Virus record (IMG/VR): IMGVR_UViG_3300037851_001014
Span: 18,823 to 82,822 of that record
Reading direction: 5' to 3' (one strand)
DNA: 64,000 bases
Source: a virus
Taxonomy: Duplodnaviria > Caudoviricetes
A program made the position numbers and the translations under genes. This document shows positions 19,901 to 29,677 of this stretch, piece by piece. Position 1 is the stretch's first letter. Each line of letters starts with the position of its first letter. The notes below the pieces were generated by a model, which was not told the origin of the DNA, searched no databases, and saw only the letters and a program-made list of their open reading frames with translations.

Positions 19901-22900
19901 TCCAGGACAGCTGCTGCGAAGAAAACAAAAGAGCAATTGGTTGAGTTTCTCGATCCAGCAAATAAGGACAGGACACCAGTAGGCCAGAGGCTGAGCAAGT
20001 CAAGCATAAGCGATCTTCAGAGAGGTCTACTGGAGGCAGATTCAGCAATGGCTTATGCACCTTACGTGCCTCCTCCTGCCACGCCTGTTCAGGCAAATCC
20101 TGGACCGACTGCAGGAGCCGCGCCCCCTCCTTCAGTCCCGCCAACGCCTGGTGTCAACGCTGCTGCTGCAGCCGCAGCAACGGCCGGGCTTGCGGCGATG
20201 GCTGGTGGTGGTCAACCTGGTAGCCCTGGTGATACAAGTGGTTCCCCGGGACAGCCACCCGAGGGAGGCGGGTTTATCAAGCCGACCTCAGTGGCGCAGC
20301 AGATCGTCGGACTTTACCGCACGCGGGGACAGGCAATCCAGGAGGCAGCAATTGCCCTGCGAACTCAGTTTGGCGTTACAGAACGTGGAACTTTGAGGAG
20401 AGGTATTACGGGACGCGAGGAAGAATTTGCCCAGGCAGCCCTAAAGCATCAAGAGGCGATTATGGACGCCCAGGCTCTGGTGGCTATGGGAGTGGCTTTC
20501 CAGAAAGGGCCGCGTGGCGTCGATATGGGCTTTCTTGACAAAGATGCTGCTGATATCATAGACAAGGTAACGACAACTGGCACACCTATGGGGAAAGATC
20601 TGTTAGATCTGGAGGGCGCCGGGCAGGAGATGACCAGATATAGCAAAGCGGCGATCAAGAGAGCCAGGCTTGCAAACCTCGAAAGAAGGCTTGCCACAGG
20701 TGGTGTCGGCGACCAGATATCTAGTTGGTTTGGGGATGGTGTTACTCCCATGGATCCTGACGACCTGGCTGCCCAGATAGAGAAAAACCCAGCAGCCGCC
20801 GAGGCTTTCAGAATTGCTAGGAACTTTTCCAAAAAAGATGCTACCCGTATGGCGAGCGAGTTCCCAAGATCCGCAGCACTCATACAGTACACAGAGGGCA
20901 TGAAGGGCCATCCTGGGTTTGATGCCGCTATCAAAGAAAAGCCCGCTGCGACCAAGTCTCTCATTGCTGATGACGTAAAGGCGACGTGGGCGGAGAAGTT
21001 TACCAGGGCCGCTGACGAAGCCACTGCAGCGCTCAAGAAGTTTAGTGGAGCCGCCCAAAAAACAAGTGATCTCCACGAGAAAACAGCCCAGGCGTTGAAG
21101 GCTCTGAGCATAGAGGAAGCCTACGGCAAGCTCATTACAGCTGCCGCCAAGGTTGGCAAGGAGCCAGAGAAGGACAACCTTGGCAGACTCAAGCTATCGC
21201 CTACGGGAAGAGCACAGTACGAGAGTCTGACAGCACAGGAGGCCGCCGCGGCTGAGATTGGCGATGTCGAATCGTACCAAAGCGCCCTGACTGGATTCCA
21301 GCAGGCTACTACAGCCCCCACTACCAAGAAAGGGGCTATTGGGAGGCTTGTTGACAGACTTGCTGGGCCTCCTGAACCAGACGATCCGGCGATCAACATG
21401 CGCCGATTCCTGGGTGGCTTTGGCCTGATGTACCTTCGCAGTCTGTGGGGCATTGCGACTGGCGGTCTTGGATACGGTATGCAGGAGCGCGCTGAGACAA
21501 TGCAGCAGCTTGGCGGTCCCTCGGCGCAGATGTTTGGGGCGATATACAGACCGAATGTCCCTGGTGTTGCTTTGAGAAACATTATGGGTGCTACTGGCGT
21601 AGGCGGAAACCCGCTGCTGCAGTTCCAGGAGATGTATGCACGCACCCCCTTGCTGCAGGACGCAGGTACCGCACTTGGCGCAGGGCTAGGAACCTATGCT
21701 CTTGCCCAGCAGGTCGGAATGTGGAGCGGCAGCAATACCCTAAAGAGCATCCTTGGTAAATGGGCTGTTCCAATCGCAGCTGGGGTTAGCGCAGCAACGT
21801 TGCTGTCTTCCGCTGCCGGAAAGCTGTCAGACACAGAGAGCGTTGGCTACCGTCTTGCTACGGCGCCTGTGCTCGGAAAATCATTCACCGACGAGTGGGC
21901 ATACTTGATGGGCAGTCAGCAGCAAAAGGAGCAGATTGGCATCGCAATAGGACAATATGAAAGAATAACAAAGGGTGGATTTTCTCAAGGTAGCACCAGG
22001 AACATTCGGTCTGTGTCGCAGATGATTCCCGTCGATACTCCAGTAGGAGAGTATTTTGGAACAGTTGAGGAGAAGATCAGCCTGGCTGCGACCGGACGAC
22101 CGGACTTGTACAATACTCTTACCGAGGGCCAAAGAGCTAGCACCTATCAGCGTCTGACGCAAGCCCAGATATCGCATTTTGCCCCACAGTTTTCGGCAGA
22201 GGCGAGTCAGGCTGCTATGGATTTTGCCTTTAGAACAAGAGCCGTTATGGGGCAGACAGGAATGCAGACGCTCACGGCACGCATCCAGCAGGGTTACTCT
22301 CCGCAGATTGCCCAGGCATACATGGCAGCAAGTGGTTATTCTGTAGCCGGAATGTATGCTGGTGCTGCTGGCCCTGGGACGCAAGCCAACCTGATGAACT
22401 ATTACAATACGCTTGCTCCAATGGCCACAACGCAGAACTTGCCGTATCTCGAAGCGGCCATTGGCGTCATGGGAGCGACAATTCCCATGAATACCTATAT
22501 AACCCAGATGGGCATGCGTGGTGCGATCGGCATGGACACCGAGGCATATCAAAAGGCATTGGCTGCCCTGGTACCAGGAAGCTCGCAATACAACCAATAC
22601 ACTGCCGCAGGTGCTCAATGGGCGCGGCTGCAGGAATTTGGACGTGCAGCATCACCGCCGAATCCTGTAGACTTCACAACTATGAATGCTCAGGAAACGC
22701 GCCTTGAGGAGCTAAGGCAGGCTGAAATGCAAGAAAGCCTGAACACAGAGGATGCTCTGCAAAGAGCATTGGTTCTCAGGGGCTTCTCCGCCCAAGACGC
22801 CTACGCCTTCACCAGGGGGATTTATACAACAGCGAGGGGCGGCCAGCTGAGCGAGTATGAAACCACCACCGAGCTTGGCAGAGAACTGGAAAGACAGCAG

Positions 22901-25042
22901 CGACTTGGGCTAGTGGAGAAGTGGTTTACCGATCGCGGTGTTTCTGCTCGACAGCGCAAGCAGATGTATGCCCCAGAATACGAAAAAATGAGCATCTCTC
23001 AACTGCAGCAATACATGCAGAAGCAGAGCGTCGCAGAAGGGCTAGAGAGTGCACTTATCGGTGCAGGCGTAAGCTATAACATCAGCGACATTCTGGCCAT
23101 ACCTGGTGGCACTATGCAGCAGGCAGCTGTATCTGCTTCAGTGGCCCAGGAGATTCAAGCGCAAGCTGCCAGCGGAGTAACTGGTTTTAGCCTGACGCAG
23201 CTTTACGAAAACGCAAAAGGAGCGGGGCCTCAAGAGTTTGCTGGTATGGTTTCTACGCAGCAGTGGATGCGCGAGACAATGGCTCCCCTGATGCGGCAAA
23301 CAGGCAGGATGCCAGGATGGGCTGCTGATGCATGGGCAACTAGCGGCCAGAGTGCTGCAAACTGGGGAGCGAACGTTCCTCGTGCATGGCGGGATATCTA
23401 TCAAGGTGTTGCCCAATATGACCCCTGGGCATCTACCCAAATGTATGCCTATCAGCAGATGGGAATACAGCCACCCAACATCGGATTGCCAGAATTGACT
23501 AATCTCCCGTCCGAGATGGTAACACGGGACATCTGGCAAACCGGCCCGATGGCCGGACTTCCGCTCAATGCGCCAATGTGGACAGTCTCCGGTGCGTCGC
23601 ACCCCAACTTCCCGCTACTGCAGGCTACTACTGGCGGAGCAGTGAATTGGGGTACTGGCGTAGGCAAGGCATTCTCTCAGGGATACACGATACCCGGAAT
23701 GAGCTTCCCCGTTGCAGGCATTATGGGTATGCAGAGTTACATGCAGCAGCTGCAGTATCAGTCTGGCATGGCGCAAATCGGCAACCAGCTCGCTCAGCTT
23801 AACATGTCGATGGCTTTCCAGACTGGCGTTGGCCTGGATGCATATGCGGGAATAATCAACCCACAGACCAACAAGCCGTTCGGATTCAATACCGGCCCTT
23901 CTAGCTGGAGTATTCCTGGCGTTGGCAGATACACATCTGAGGGCGGTGGCATGTGGGGCATCCAGGATGCCATGCGTAACCTAGGTTATGCTCAACAGGA
24001 ATGGCAGTTTGGTTTTCAGGAACGCCAACTTGGGATGAGTCGCTCGCAGTTTGCCGAGAACTTCTCTCTCAACAGGCAACAGACCTTGATGCAGCGTGGC
24101 TGGGCAATGCAGGATTGGGGCTACCAGGACACCACCCGCAATCTGCAGTGGCAGTGGCGGCAAGAGGACTATGCCGAACAGGCAAGATTCATGACCGGTC
24201 GCGATCGGCGTCTTGCAGAGCGCGGAATGAAGCGCGAGACCACCATGTTCAATCTTGAGACTGAACAGATCGATAAACAACGCGAGCGGCAGAAAGAGAT
24301 GTGGAAACTGGAGGACGAGCGCTTCAAGCTGCAGAAGAAACACTTCGAAGAGCAGATGGTCATGCAGGAAGAGCAGCAAGATATGATGCGCAAGTTCTAT
24401 GCCGAGCGTATCGCCCTTGAAGAAGAGCAGATCAAGCTGCAGCGTGCCCAGCAGGTTCAGCAGGCGGAATATCAGAAGCAATCCCTGGGTATCCAGGCGG
24501 CCATGCTTGCGGCCCAAAAGGAATACTCAGAGATCCAATCCGGGATCGAGCTTGCTAACTTGGCGATCCAGTCTGGCATTGCCGATGTTCAGGCCAAACA
24601 GTCCGGACTCGTCACCTTAACCGAGGATAATATAGAAGCTGTGTTTGCCTCGCTAAACGACTGGATTGCTAGAGTTCTCGGTACTCTAGGCGGGGGACCT
24701 CCTGTGCCCACCACCACGAACCCCCCGCATAGTCAGAGTGGCTATATACCAGAAGAGGATATAGAGTCAGATCCGCCCACTCACGGCGGTGCGCACGGCA
24801 CTTTTGTCAGTGCTGGTCAAGGAACCGTTGTCAGCGAGGAGGGGCTAATCGAGTTCTTTACTCCCCAGAACAGCGGCACGATAATCCCGCTCAAGTCGTT
24901 CAATGCCTGGACAACCACTGTGATGCCATCGCAAAAGCCGGTTGTTGAAACGAGCACACCCAAGACCATAAACATTTTCATTGGTGATCAACACCTCAAG
25001 ACGTTTGTGCTGGACGCGATAGACGAAGCGCTGGAGGCATAG
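13922..25042 (+). CDS. Tape measure protein fused to an N-terminal two-barrel RNA polymerase, a PD-(D/E)xK nuclease and a HeH-like domain (3706 aa)
   Basis: AGGAG + ATG 13922; tape-measure position; C-terminal W/Q coiled coil, hydrophobic segments and VSEEGLIEFFTPQNSGTIIP end motif; RNAP motifs at 15425-15454 and 17192-17206; nuclease motifs at 19001 and 19040-19048. Confidence 0.85.
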   Translation: MAASIGPPSGEDFARTLEELMGDEYRVRYMGETRYNIVRSSPRGGPNGTPATISGNFSFDFWSATRFKSQFGANKGSVEYAPVVKPDPYEERGFVVPGGITSVVERNEEDRKKYISSHFVENPVTRLVNTLVSASDRTLEARARGRATSTWEGAAMNILSEGAPGSEEYADVAGGTRFVNRNNMSMVRSASNMLILQTITPEDAGKDERSMRSSALESLKSWISTPAVARDSGNFLAFNQLGLAIGRKNANTLIPYSQGYRSVTDPSGREYAEVYLPGDPSKSSKHYNVMYGRREGVTPLDATGVPIQAGAIRGARGWGIRRTTADYRGQVPQESWIGGLLMTRSLPIPGTGQYFPQNVSSAGISSVGFDTVRELPVTSDIGGLLSGTVKYTPASDLMGRHHPGMTRMSYGTLEAQGELPISLSTRNKAGGFRPSNQQLVLPQYYDPKTGLGMVYSEGNARLGTEITETQAAALSKSLGIDVRLDPFSDRAMWRSEGFLSTGAKVAGLGLKTALTAMLGRPSIGIGKTDLPVDIATGEVKSFPTMLLSNFPTLSRARQADLLRETGARLNNPAFTRAASRVQKGGYGERLDMERLAEDIYGVGAPVNELMKEVYGTVVPGLGENPTQVEIARYAASDVNLRNLERYGIGFIDPSMESRGVRVPELSWRVSKKQFVDLEQAYLAANRERVIAAGGDPRKISIKDARQAFLTEYGLTPVANEPGMWQAHTKASGFYIRGALPLGVEWYGAGQVHAEEAQLVNAISPEWAYRLGIGLTPGSKGRGGYDRNISPTRQAKILAAKTVAAMYADTPMGIEHSVVTDTMAGNLVADTDFMALLERKPDNPGTVADFDIVRERMQREMEIAYGNKAANVDKVPLQFGDLEGAYLLPAGSIRATMAVDQATGQDQARLLDRYLGTLGRALRGQVAGKPGEITHSLYGLADTYAESMGVSSHTKSDMVKDLMGSDLGWSVGRYGWAGEVQQHQVTGSKAVWLQQIRAEIAEQVGVDTENNPLTDAEIEEIYGSVANVSAFSEGVPGLAMRYPIVGGSKESALGVRFLTPEQAQKQGVATVDTPFGDYWNISTGLSSIFQGDFDLDQMATLMGIKAYRDKGGKLRHSWTQLDEKGNIDPKLMASINRSATMNYQDLQRKMFPSSAMQNRFNPLLGAFSDRFAGQNVGDLGFSYRLMRKQMAASRFYNIGELLTGTHIVQKAAGEEMGASYNLTRALESASIMSRWSTASIQKSRVSRAPVYQPYLDKSTSIPVSMTEMFRTAYLSTPEGAMAPELGWATPEAKELSTEPQWTKRKIALTPENAMPFLRALTESAARPHVVPGKFADLPSPNLLARALAPYPGMAFGTIKPRYLKAYNSQFKTWEDLVVGGGTDEQIAQAGKFFKGVPLEAAIKSAQEATWGLGESDQDLLLGRRTKGTADVVEAWYKQNIPEDLQQVYASTLAQSMIGKAYFSAQADATKTIPSSWEKSDFGAETVQRARRWRVGYDMARGIVPEMGAFKETYDWLSGIDRSVRSQGAELILRMGKLFGAAEAVPLSMAGSQMLYEKAMAAPISLRSSTYGDIGNPVYTNKLVGGNKRVDSGLYSSVLSTVASTLNLGGMDVNALQAAFLPSDEQGLAHMRRGNRFEDRLAKVAGEAMYHSGLSGYANLGSGDPTKAVSSAFSLVEDIELGDGQRTTVVMHGTPDFLLPIGGKLYEVETKNPQKQAGTKAAQMEKYKAQTDMVRYIIEKKVGRILNPNLAQGFRDKEAAELRSSLRWYMPEEQIDEAYEMLLAQGGAGSILFNVGADTDLYKSIMHGKIDKAHAQVMKEVASEDSPYVVERVEPLAGGQYAERFEKNKMRAIREVYSKRGGVLEELVGLLSPAQKFHRMRLGQNPDLATTWQSRRAMDVLQRARHGLLSLGKYFYDLREAAHAASPGATRAATPEEQAAAASTPPQPPPVAQNASSPRAQTATPGTAPASQTPITNAADMPIEELRARASMLGLSRTAAAKKTKEQLVEFLDPANKDRTPVGQRLSKSSISDLQRGLLEADSAMAYAPYVPPPATPVQANPGPTAGAAPPPSVPPTPGVNAAAAAAATAGLAAMAGGGQPGSPGDTSGSPGQPPEGGGFIKPTSVAQQIVGLYRTRGQAIQEAAIALRTQFGVTERGTLRRGITGREEEFAQAALKHQEAIMDAQALVAMGVAFQKGPRGVDMGFLDKDAADIIDKVTTTGTPMGKDLLDLEGAGQEMTRYSKAAIKRARLANLERRLATGGVGDQISSWFGDGVTPMDPDDLAAQIEKNPAAAEAFRIARNFSKKDATRMASEFPRSAALIQYTEGMKGHPGFDAAIKEKPAATKSLIADDVKATWAEKFTRAADEATAALKKFSGAAQKTSDLHEKTAQALKALSIEEAYGKLITAAAKVGKEPEKDNLGRLKLSPTGRAQYESLTAQEAAAAEIGDVESYQSALTGFQQATTAPTTKKGAIGRLVDRLAGPPEPDDPAINMRRFLGGFGLMYLRSLWGIATGGLGYGMQERAETMQQLGGPSAQMFGAIYRPNVPGVALRNIMGATGVGGNPLLQFQEMYARTPLLQDAGTALGAGLGTYALAQQVGMWSGSNTLKSILGKWAVPIAAGVSAATLLSSAAGKLSDTESVGYRLATAPVLGKSFTDEWAYLMGSQQQKEQIGIAIGQYERITKGGFSQGSTRNIRSVSQMIPVDTPVGEYFGTVEEKISLAATGRPDLYNTLTEGQRASTYQRLTQAQISHFAPQFSAEASQAAMDFAFRTRAVMGQTGMQTLTARIQQGYSPQIAQAYMAASGYSVAGMYAGAAGPGTQANLMNYYNTLAPMATTQNLPYLEAAIGVMGATIPMNTYITQMGMRGAIGMDTEAYQKALAALVPGSSQYNQYTAAGAQWARLQEFGRAASPPNPVDFTTMNAQETRLEELRQAEMQESLNTEDALQRALVLRGFSAQDAYAFTRGIYTTARGGQLSEYETTTELGRELERQQRLGLVEKWFTDRGVSARQRKQMYAPEYEKMSISQLQQYMQKQSVAEGLESALIGAGVSYNISDILAIPGGTMQQAAVSASVAQEIQAQAASGVTGFSLTQLYENAKGAGPQEFAGMVSTQQWMRETMAPLMRQTGRMPGWAADAWATSGQSAANWGANVPRAWRDIYQGVAQYDPWASTQMYAYQQMGIQPPNIGLPELTNLPSEMVTRDIWQTGPMAGLPLNAPMWTVSGASHPNFPLLQATTGGAVNWGTGVGKAFSQGYTIPGMSFPVAGIMGMQSYMQQLQYQSGMAQIGNQLAQLNMSMAFQTGVGLDAYAGIINPQTNKPFGFNTGPSSWSIPGVGRYTSEGGGMWGIQDAMRNLGYAQQEWQFGFQERQLGMSRSQFAENFSLNRQQTLMQRGWAMQDWGYQDTTRNLQWQWRQEDYAEQARFMTGRDRRLAERGMKRETTMFNLETEQIDKQRERQKEMWKLEDERFKLQKKHFEEQMVMQEEQQDMMRKFYAERIALEEEQIKLQRAQQVQQAEYQKQSLGIQAAMLAAQKEYSEIQSGIELANLAIQSGIADVQAKQSGLVTLTEDNIEAVFASLNDWIARVLGTLGGGPPVPTTTNPPHSQSGYIPEEDIESDPPTHGGAHGTFVSAGQGTVVSEEGLIEFFTPQNSGTIIPLKSFNAWTTTVMPSQKPVVETSTPKTINIFIGDQHLKTFVLDAIDEALEA

Positions 25043-25043
25043 A

Positions 25044-25475
25044 ATGGCTAACCGGTATATTATCATCCAGGAAAACGGGACAGGCGGACTAACGAAGTGG
25101 TTTAGGGCCGTATCCTGGCGTTTGGTTTTGCGCAACAATAAAACTGTAGAGCCTGTAATTGATGCGTCACCGGACGTTCAGCACGGGAGGCAGATGAGAT
25201 TCTTCCAGTATGTGCTCAAGATCCCCTATGTCTTGCGTGCTGGAGAGAATGCCAACTACGGCACGTATGCCGATCTTTGCAATATCTACTCTCGCAACAG
25301 TCCCAATAGCGGAACTCCGTTGCCGTCATTCAAGTTTACCGCACACAACTCCGCCGACGCCAATGCCGTGGATGCCATTTTTGTCAACCCAGAAACAGTG
25401 ATCGAGCCCGCCACGACGATCATCGATACAGACAATGCTGTCTATTTTGTGCAGGTGGAGATTCTGGTACTATGA
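25044..25475 (+). CDS. Distal tail (Dit-like) protein
   Basis: 143 aa immediately after the tape measure gene. Confidence 0.65.
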   Translation: MANRYIIIQENGTGGLTKWFRAVSWRLVLRNNKTVEPVIDASPDVQHGRQMRFFQYVLKIPYVLRAGENANYGTYADLCNIYSRNSPNSGTPLPSFKFTAHNSADANAVDAIFVNPETVIEPATTIIDTDNAVYFVQVEILVL

Positions 25476-28400
25476 GATCTGTAACCGGCACCCTGCAGAA
25501 CGCTATCGAGAGCAAGCAGCAGTATTTTCTTGCCCGCGCTACCTCATATAAAACACGCTTGCTTGGGTCTGACTTCGCATCGTCCAGTTATCCCATAACG
25601 GGATCTGACGATGCTGGATTTGATACATCTCCTCTTTACCAGGTACTCAGCATCAATACAGCAAGCCATCTGGCTGTTACCTGGTATAAGATTGGTGGCA
25701 CGCTGCAGTATTCTATACAGGACAGCGCAACACTTACGGACACCGCGATTGCCATTTCGTGCAAGCCTGGCTATTGCGCAGGGTATCTATGGTATTGGGA
25801 CGGTACGTATATCGTCAAGAGGGCGGTGGACTGGACAAAGGTGACCGCCAGAGACGCAACTCCATTTTCTTCGTCCGCAACGAAAGACATGTCTTCCAAA
25901 GTTATCGTTAATGTCATTGGCCTTAGTACCACAGAGGCTCTGGCGATCGAGGACATTGATGGTGGCTTGCGCCCTGTTTACATCGATGTTGGCGATGATT
26001 TTTCAAGTGATGCTGATTGGCGCTTTATGTTTCCGCAGTTTGCCGACTATACTGATGGATCAACGCCAAGCACTGCAGAGAAACTCGCATACGATTTTGC
26101 TGCAATCAAATTTGGCGACGAGGTATTCATATATGGCACCGAACCGTACCAGATGACCATTCGTGCCAGTGTCTACAATACCCTATACGATTATTGGGAA
26201 GATGCATTTACCCTTCTGCCAATGGAGAAAGAAACCAGTTTATGCTCCCTGGCTGTTACATCGGCTTACATGGGTGAGGACAACAAAATATATCTTGGGT
26301 GCTTTTTTGGCAGGGAGGATGCTGTTGTCCAGAGATATTATTCCCTCGTTCTCAAGTCGTCTAATGGCAGAGTATTCTCAATTGATGCTGCGTCGGTTGT
26401 TGATGATGGCGGATACCGTATGCAGGCGTTTTATTACGATGCCCAGAATAAACTATTTCTTGGAAATAGCAATCGCATCTTAAGTGCCAACGCCACTTAT
26501 CGTTATGGCGTTCCTTTGGCCAGCAGTCCAAGTACGGCCATTGACAGGATAATATCGTTCGATGATAGCAGCTATCAAGCGAGCTTGCGCGTAGCTGCCG
26601 GGAAAGAAGAATACTACGATGATCCAAATATTGTCACAGGCGCATTGTGTATTGTCGAAACTGGCTTAAAAACCGCGTCCGGCGATGAATATATCACCTA
26701 CGGCACCTATATCGTGGCAGAGGTGTCTGAGGGGTTTGCGAATGCGGTACAGACCATGGTGATACGCCTTTTGCACGAGAGCATGTACAAGCTGAACGAG
26801 TCATCCATGCCTTTCTATACCGAGGTTGCTGGCAAGGCGTCTAAGTACCAAGAGTTCAGATCTACCAAGAATGGACTGCTTTACAGCGCTGGGGCCAAAC
26901 ACTTGGACGCATCCTACGAGACAAAGTTCAGAGTCAACTTTTTTACCCATGAGGCGTATACCAATTCAGGAGCAGGGATCACGGGCGTCACCATGATGGC
27001 TGATGGGGGAGTGAGCTGGCATGAGGCAGCAGGCAGCCATAAACTGGGCCTCGTTACGCCGGGCCTGAAAGAATATCGCGTTCTCGACGACTATCCTGTT
27101 GTTGCTCTGCAGACAGTGCAGGTAAACTTGTATGGCTGGAGCCACTCGGACGTCGGGGGTGGAAGCACCAATGATGCAGTGGACTTGGTCATGATCCTGG
27201 AGCTGCCGGATGGCACAGAGGACACAATCATTACCACAGACCACTACAAGTGGCCCAACAGCTATCCTGTAGACGGAGGTGGCACGCCGCCGTCCGTGAA
27301 TGACCCGATCGCGTTGTCGGTGACAAACCTCGAGATTGGCAGCAAGATTAAGCAAGTGGGCATGGTCTTCGAGTGTGCCACTGCGACACACTTTTGTCCA
27401 TCTGCTATCCAGTTCGAGTCGGGCATCTATGTGCGCCAGCCATTTGGCAGTGGCAATCTTCCCTGGAGCGACCAGGACGATGGATTGGGTATCATGCTAG
27501 ATGGTGTCGGGGTTCCTAGAGTGATGTTCGCAACAGAGCCATATGCAGTGACCGAGTTCTCTGTCCAGGCTGACTTTTCGGACACAACTGTGTTCACCTG
27601 GAATGATGATATATTCCCCGTGGCCTGGGGCTTGGTCGGGCATGCCACTGACTACAAAAATTACGTTGCGGCTGTTTACGACCGGGCCGATGGCGTGGAT
27701 GGGACTTGGAAGATCTGGCATTACAAAGATGGATTTCGCACGACTCTTGCCTCGGCCACAGGAGGGACTTATAAGCCACACACCGGCGATCTTCCGTACA
27801 GTCCCGTGCGGTTTCTGTTTACTTACAGGGGTGGTACCTACCGCTTATATATGAAGGACTGGCTAAACGCTAAGTTCGTTGAGGTATTGAGTTATACCTG
27901 GGACAAGACCGATCGCTGGATGGTCGAGAATGATGTCCCTCTTAAGGTTGGTATCTTTGGTTTGATTGCTCCGCCAATGTTCAGGATTGCTGGTTATTCG
28001 TATGGGTCTTCGGAGTCTGGCAATCTATCAGATGGAATAGCCTGTATGCCCGAGGAAGACTCTCTCTTGAACAGCTTTGCCGCAAGCGGGGAAGTGGTCA
28101 TTAATGGCAATGTATTCGCATACACAGATATTGCCACGGGTGGTTTGGCGCGCACTGGCCCCTACGCCTATCTGGACAGCGGAAGCTATGGCTCTGATTA
28201 TGGGATAGAACTGCGCTGGTTTGATTATGACATGGAGGATGAAGACCTGGGCTCTGTGGAAATGCTGATCGCAGCCGAGGACGGTGCCTACTTGCTGAAC
28301 GGCATCGAATCCAGAATCGCCGGCGGCGGCAGCGATGATGATTTGCTTAATAGGATGATCCTCAAGACAGCCAACGACAACTCGGCCGGGAAAAAGTCCA

Positions 28401-29677
28401 AGTCGAGTCAGGTCTACTTGGTGCGCGGGCTTTTGGGAATATCTATGGTGGTTGACAATGGCACGTCTATCAGCCGGTGGGACTGGTGTTACCAGAATTA
28501 CAGCGGCGAGATACGCTGCGTGGCCTTTGGCGCCTCTGGCGGAGACGCGGACGAGACAGTAGAGACGCTATCGAGAAAGATTGCAGGTATGTGTGATGCA
28601 GCTCTCGTCTTTACTGGCAACACCACAGGGAGTGGCGATGTCACAACATCTCCTCAAGATATTGCTACGTTGGCAAACAGCGACTCGATAGATCTGTATG
28701 TAGACTACCCGCAACTTGCCACAAACGACTGGATTGGAGTACAGCTAAACATTTCGTTCAGACCAGATTTGAACGACACCTATTGCCGACTCGATATCAT
28801 CAAAGAAATCAGCAACTACAAGGCTGTTTTGCGTACGTATCCATCCAATGGCGTCATGGATGCCATTACCTGGGTAGCGGCGTCCAGCACTGTTAATCGT
28901 GTGCGGGTGTTCGCAAGGGAGAACTTTATAACACTCTACCACAATGGCAAGATGATCTATACCTTTATGGCCAGCGACGTGGACTGGACAGACATGACGA
29001 CCATTACTCTCGTAGGGTCCACAACCCTGGCCGGATGCACCTGGGAGATATCCGAGCAGAGCGACTGGCGCGAAGCGATCTTTATGGATCTTGAAACAAA
29101 CGGTGCGTCTGCCATGGAAGACGTGATCCAAGAACGCCCCGTTGAGAGATACCCGCTTTCAGACGGTTCGATTGCGTTGAGCTATAATCAGACAAGAGAC
29201 AGGGTTGTATTCGGGTATGCTCCTCAGAAGGTTGAACACGCTATGAGCGTTCCATCAGCGCTTGGGTCGGATACACTTATTTATGGTGCCGATGATGTCA
29301 CCGTTATGATGGACGCCGACGCCATGGATGCAGTTGGCTTCAAGACACGTGTTCTCCGGCTGCCAAATCTAAGATCTGGGGCAGCGAGGGCGGCAAATAT
29401 CGTGGTGGATCGGTACATTCAGAGTATGGATATAATCTCTGTCACGGCGCATATTGATTACCGCCCAGAGATAGGCGATATTGTCGTTTCGTTTTACAAT
29501 TTGCCATCGGGCAGATCCAGAACGTACGATTTTATTGTCGAGGATATACAGCTTGACTCAACTCGGCGAGTTGCGCTATACCGAGGTAGACTTCTTGCCG
29601 AAGGAACAACGGCCATAGGCTTGCTTTCCGAGAGCCTTGCGAGCACGACCCTGTCTGCTGCTGGAGATGTAACGTAG
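25472..29677 (+). CDS. Tail tip/baseplate hub (Tal-like) protein, 1401 aa
   Basis: ATGA coupling to Dit; hub-like termini (MRSVTGTLQNAIES; RPEIGDIV); beta-rich interior. Confidence 0.7.
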   Translation: MRSVTGTLQNAIESKQQYFLARATSYKTRLLGSDFASSSYPITGSDDAGFDTSPLYQVLSINTASHLAVTWYKIGGTLQYSIQDSATLTDTAIAISCKPGYCAGYLWYWDGTYIVKRAVDWTKVTARDATPFSSSATKDMSSKVIVNVIGLSTTEALAIEDIDGGLRPVYIDVGDDFSSDADWRFMFPQFADYTDGSTPSTAEKLAYDFAAIKFGDEVFIYGTEPYQMTIRASVYNTLYDYWEDAFTLLPMEKETSLCSLAVTSAYMGEDNKIYLGCFFGREDAVVQRYYSLVLKSSNGRVFSIDAASVVDDGGYRMQAFYYDAQNKLFLGNSNRILSANATYRYGVPLASSPSTAIDRIISFDDSSYQASLRVAAGKEEYYDDPNIVTGALCIVETGLKTASGDEYITYGTYIVAEVSEGFANAVQTMVIRLLHESMYKLNESSMPFYTEVAGKASKYQEFRSTKNGLLYSAGAKHLDASYETKFRVNFFTHEAYTNSGAGITGVTMMADGGVSWHEAAGSHKLGLVTPGLKEYRVLDDYPVVALQTVQVNLYGWSHSDVGGGSTNDAVDLVMILELPDGTEDTIITTDHYKWPNSYPVDGGGTPPSVNDPIALSVTNLEIGSKIKQVGMVFECATATHFCPSAIQFESGIYVRQPFGSGNLPWSDQDDGLGIMLDGVGVPRVMFATEPYAVTEFSVQADFSDTTVFTWNDDIFPVAWGLVGHATDYKNYVAAVYDRADGVDGTWKIWHYKDGFRTTLASATGGTYKPHTGDLPYSPVRFLFTYRGGTYRLYMKDWLNAKFVEVLSYTWDKTDRWMVENDVPLKVGIFGLIAPPMFRIAGYSYGSSESGNLSDGIACMPEEDSLLNSFAASGEVVINGNVFAYTDIATGGLARTGPYAYLDSGSYGSDYGIELRWFDYDMEDEDLGSVEMLIAAEDGAYLLNGIESRIAGGGSDDDLLNRMILKTANDNSAGKKSKSSQVYLVRGLLGISMVVDNGTSISRWDWCYQNYSGEIRCVAFGASGGDADETVETLSRKIAGMCDAALVFTGNTTGSGDVTTSPQDIATLANSDSIDLYVDYPQLATNDWIGVQLNISFRPDLNDTYCRLDIIKEISNYKAVLRTYPSNGVMDAITWVAASSTVNRVRVFARENFITLYHNGKMIYTFMASDVDWTDMTTITLVGSTTLAGCTWEISEQSDWREAIFMDLETNGASAMEDVIQERPVERYPLSDGSIALSYNQTRDRVVFGYAPQKVEHAMSVPSALGSDTLIYGADDVTVMMDADAMDAVGFKTRVLRLPNLRSGAARAANIVVDRYIQSMDIISVTAHIDYRPEIGDIVVSFYNLPSGRSRTYDFIVEDIQLDSTRRVALYRGRLLAEGTTAIGLLSESLASTTLSAAGDVT

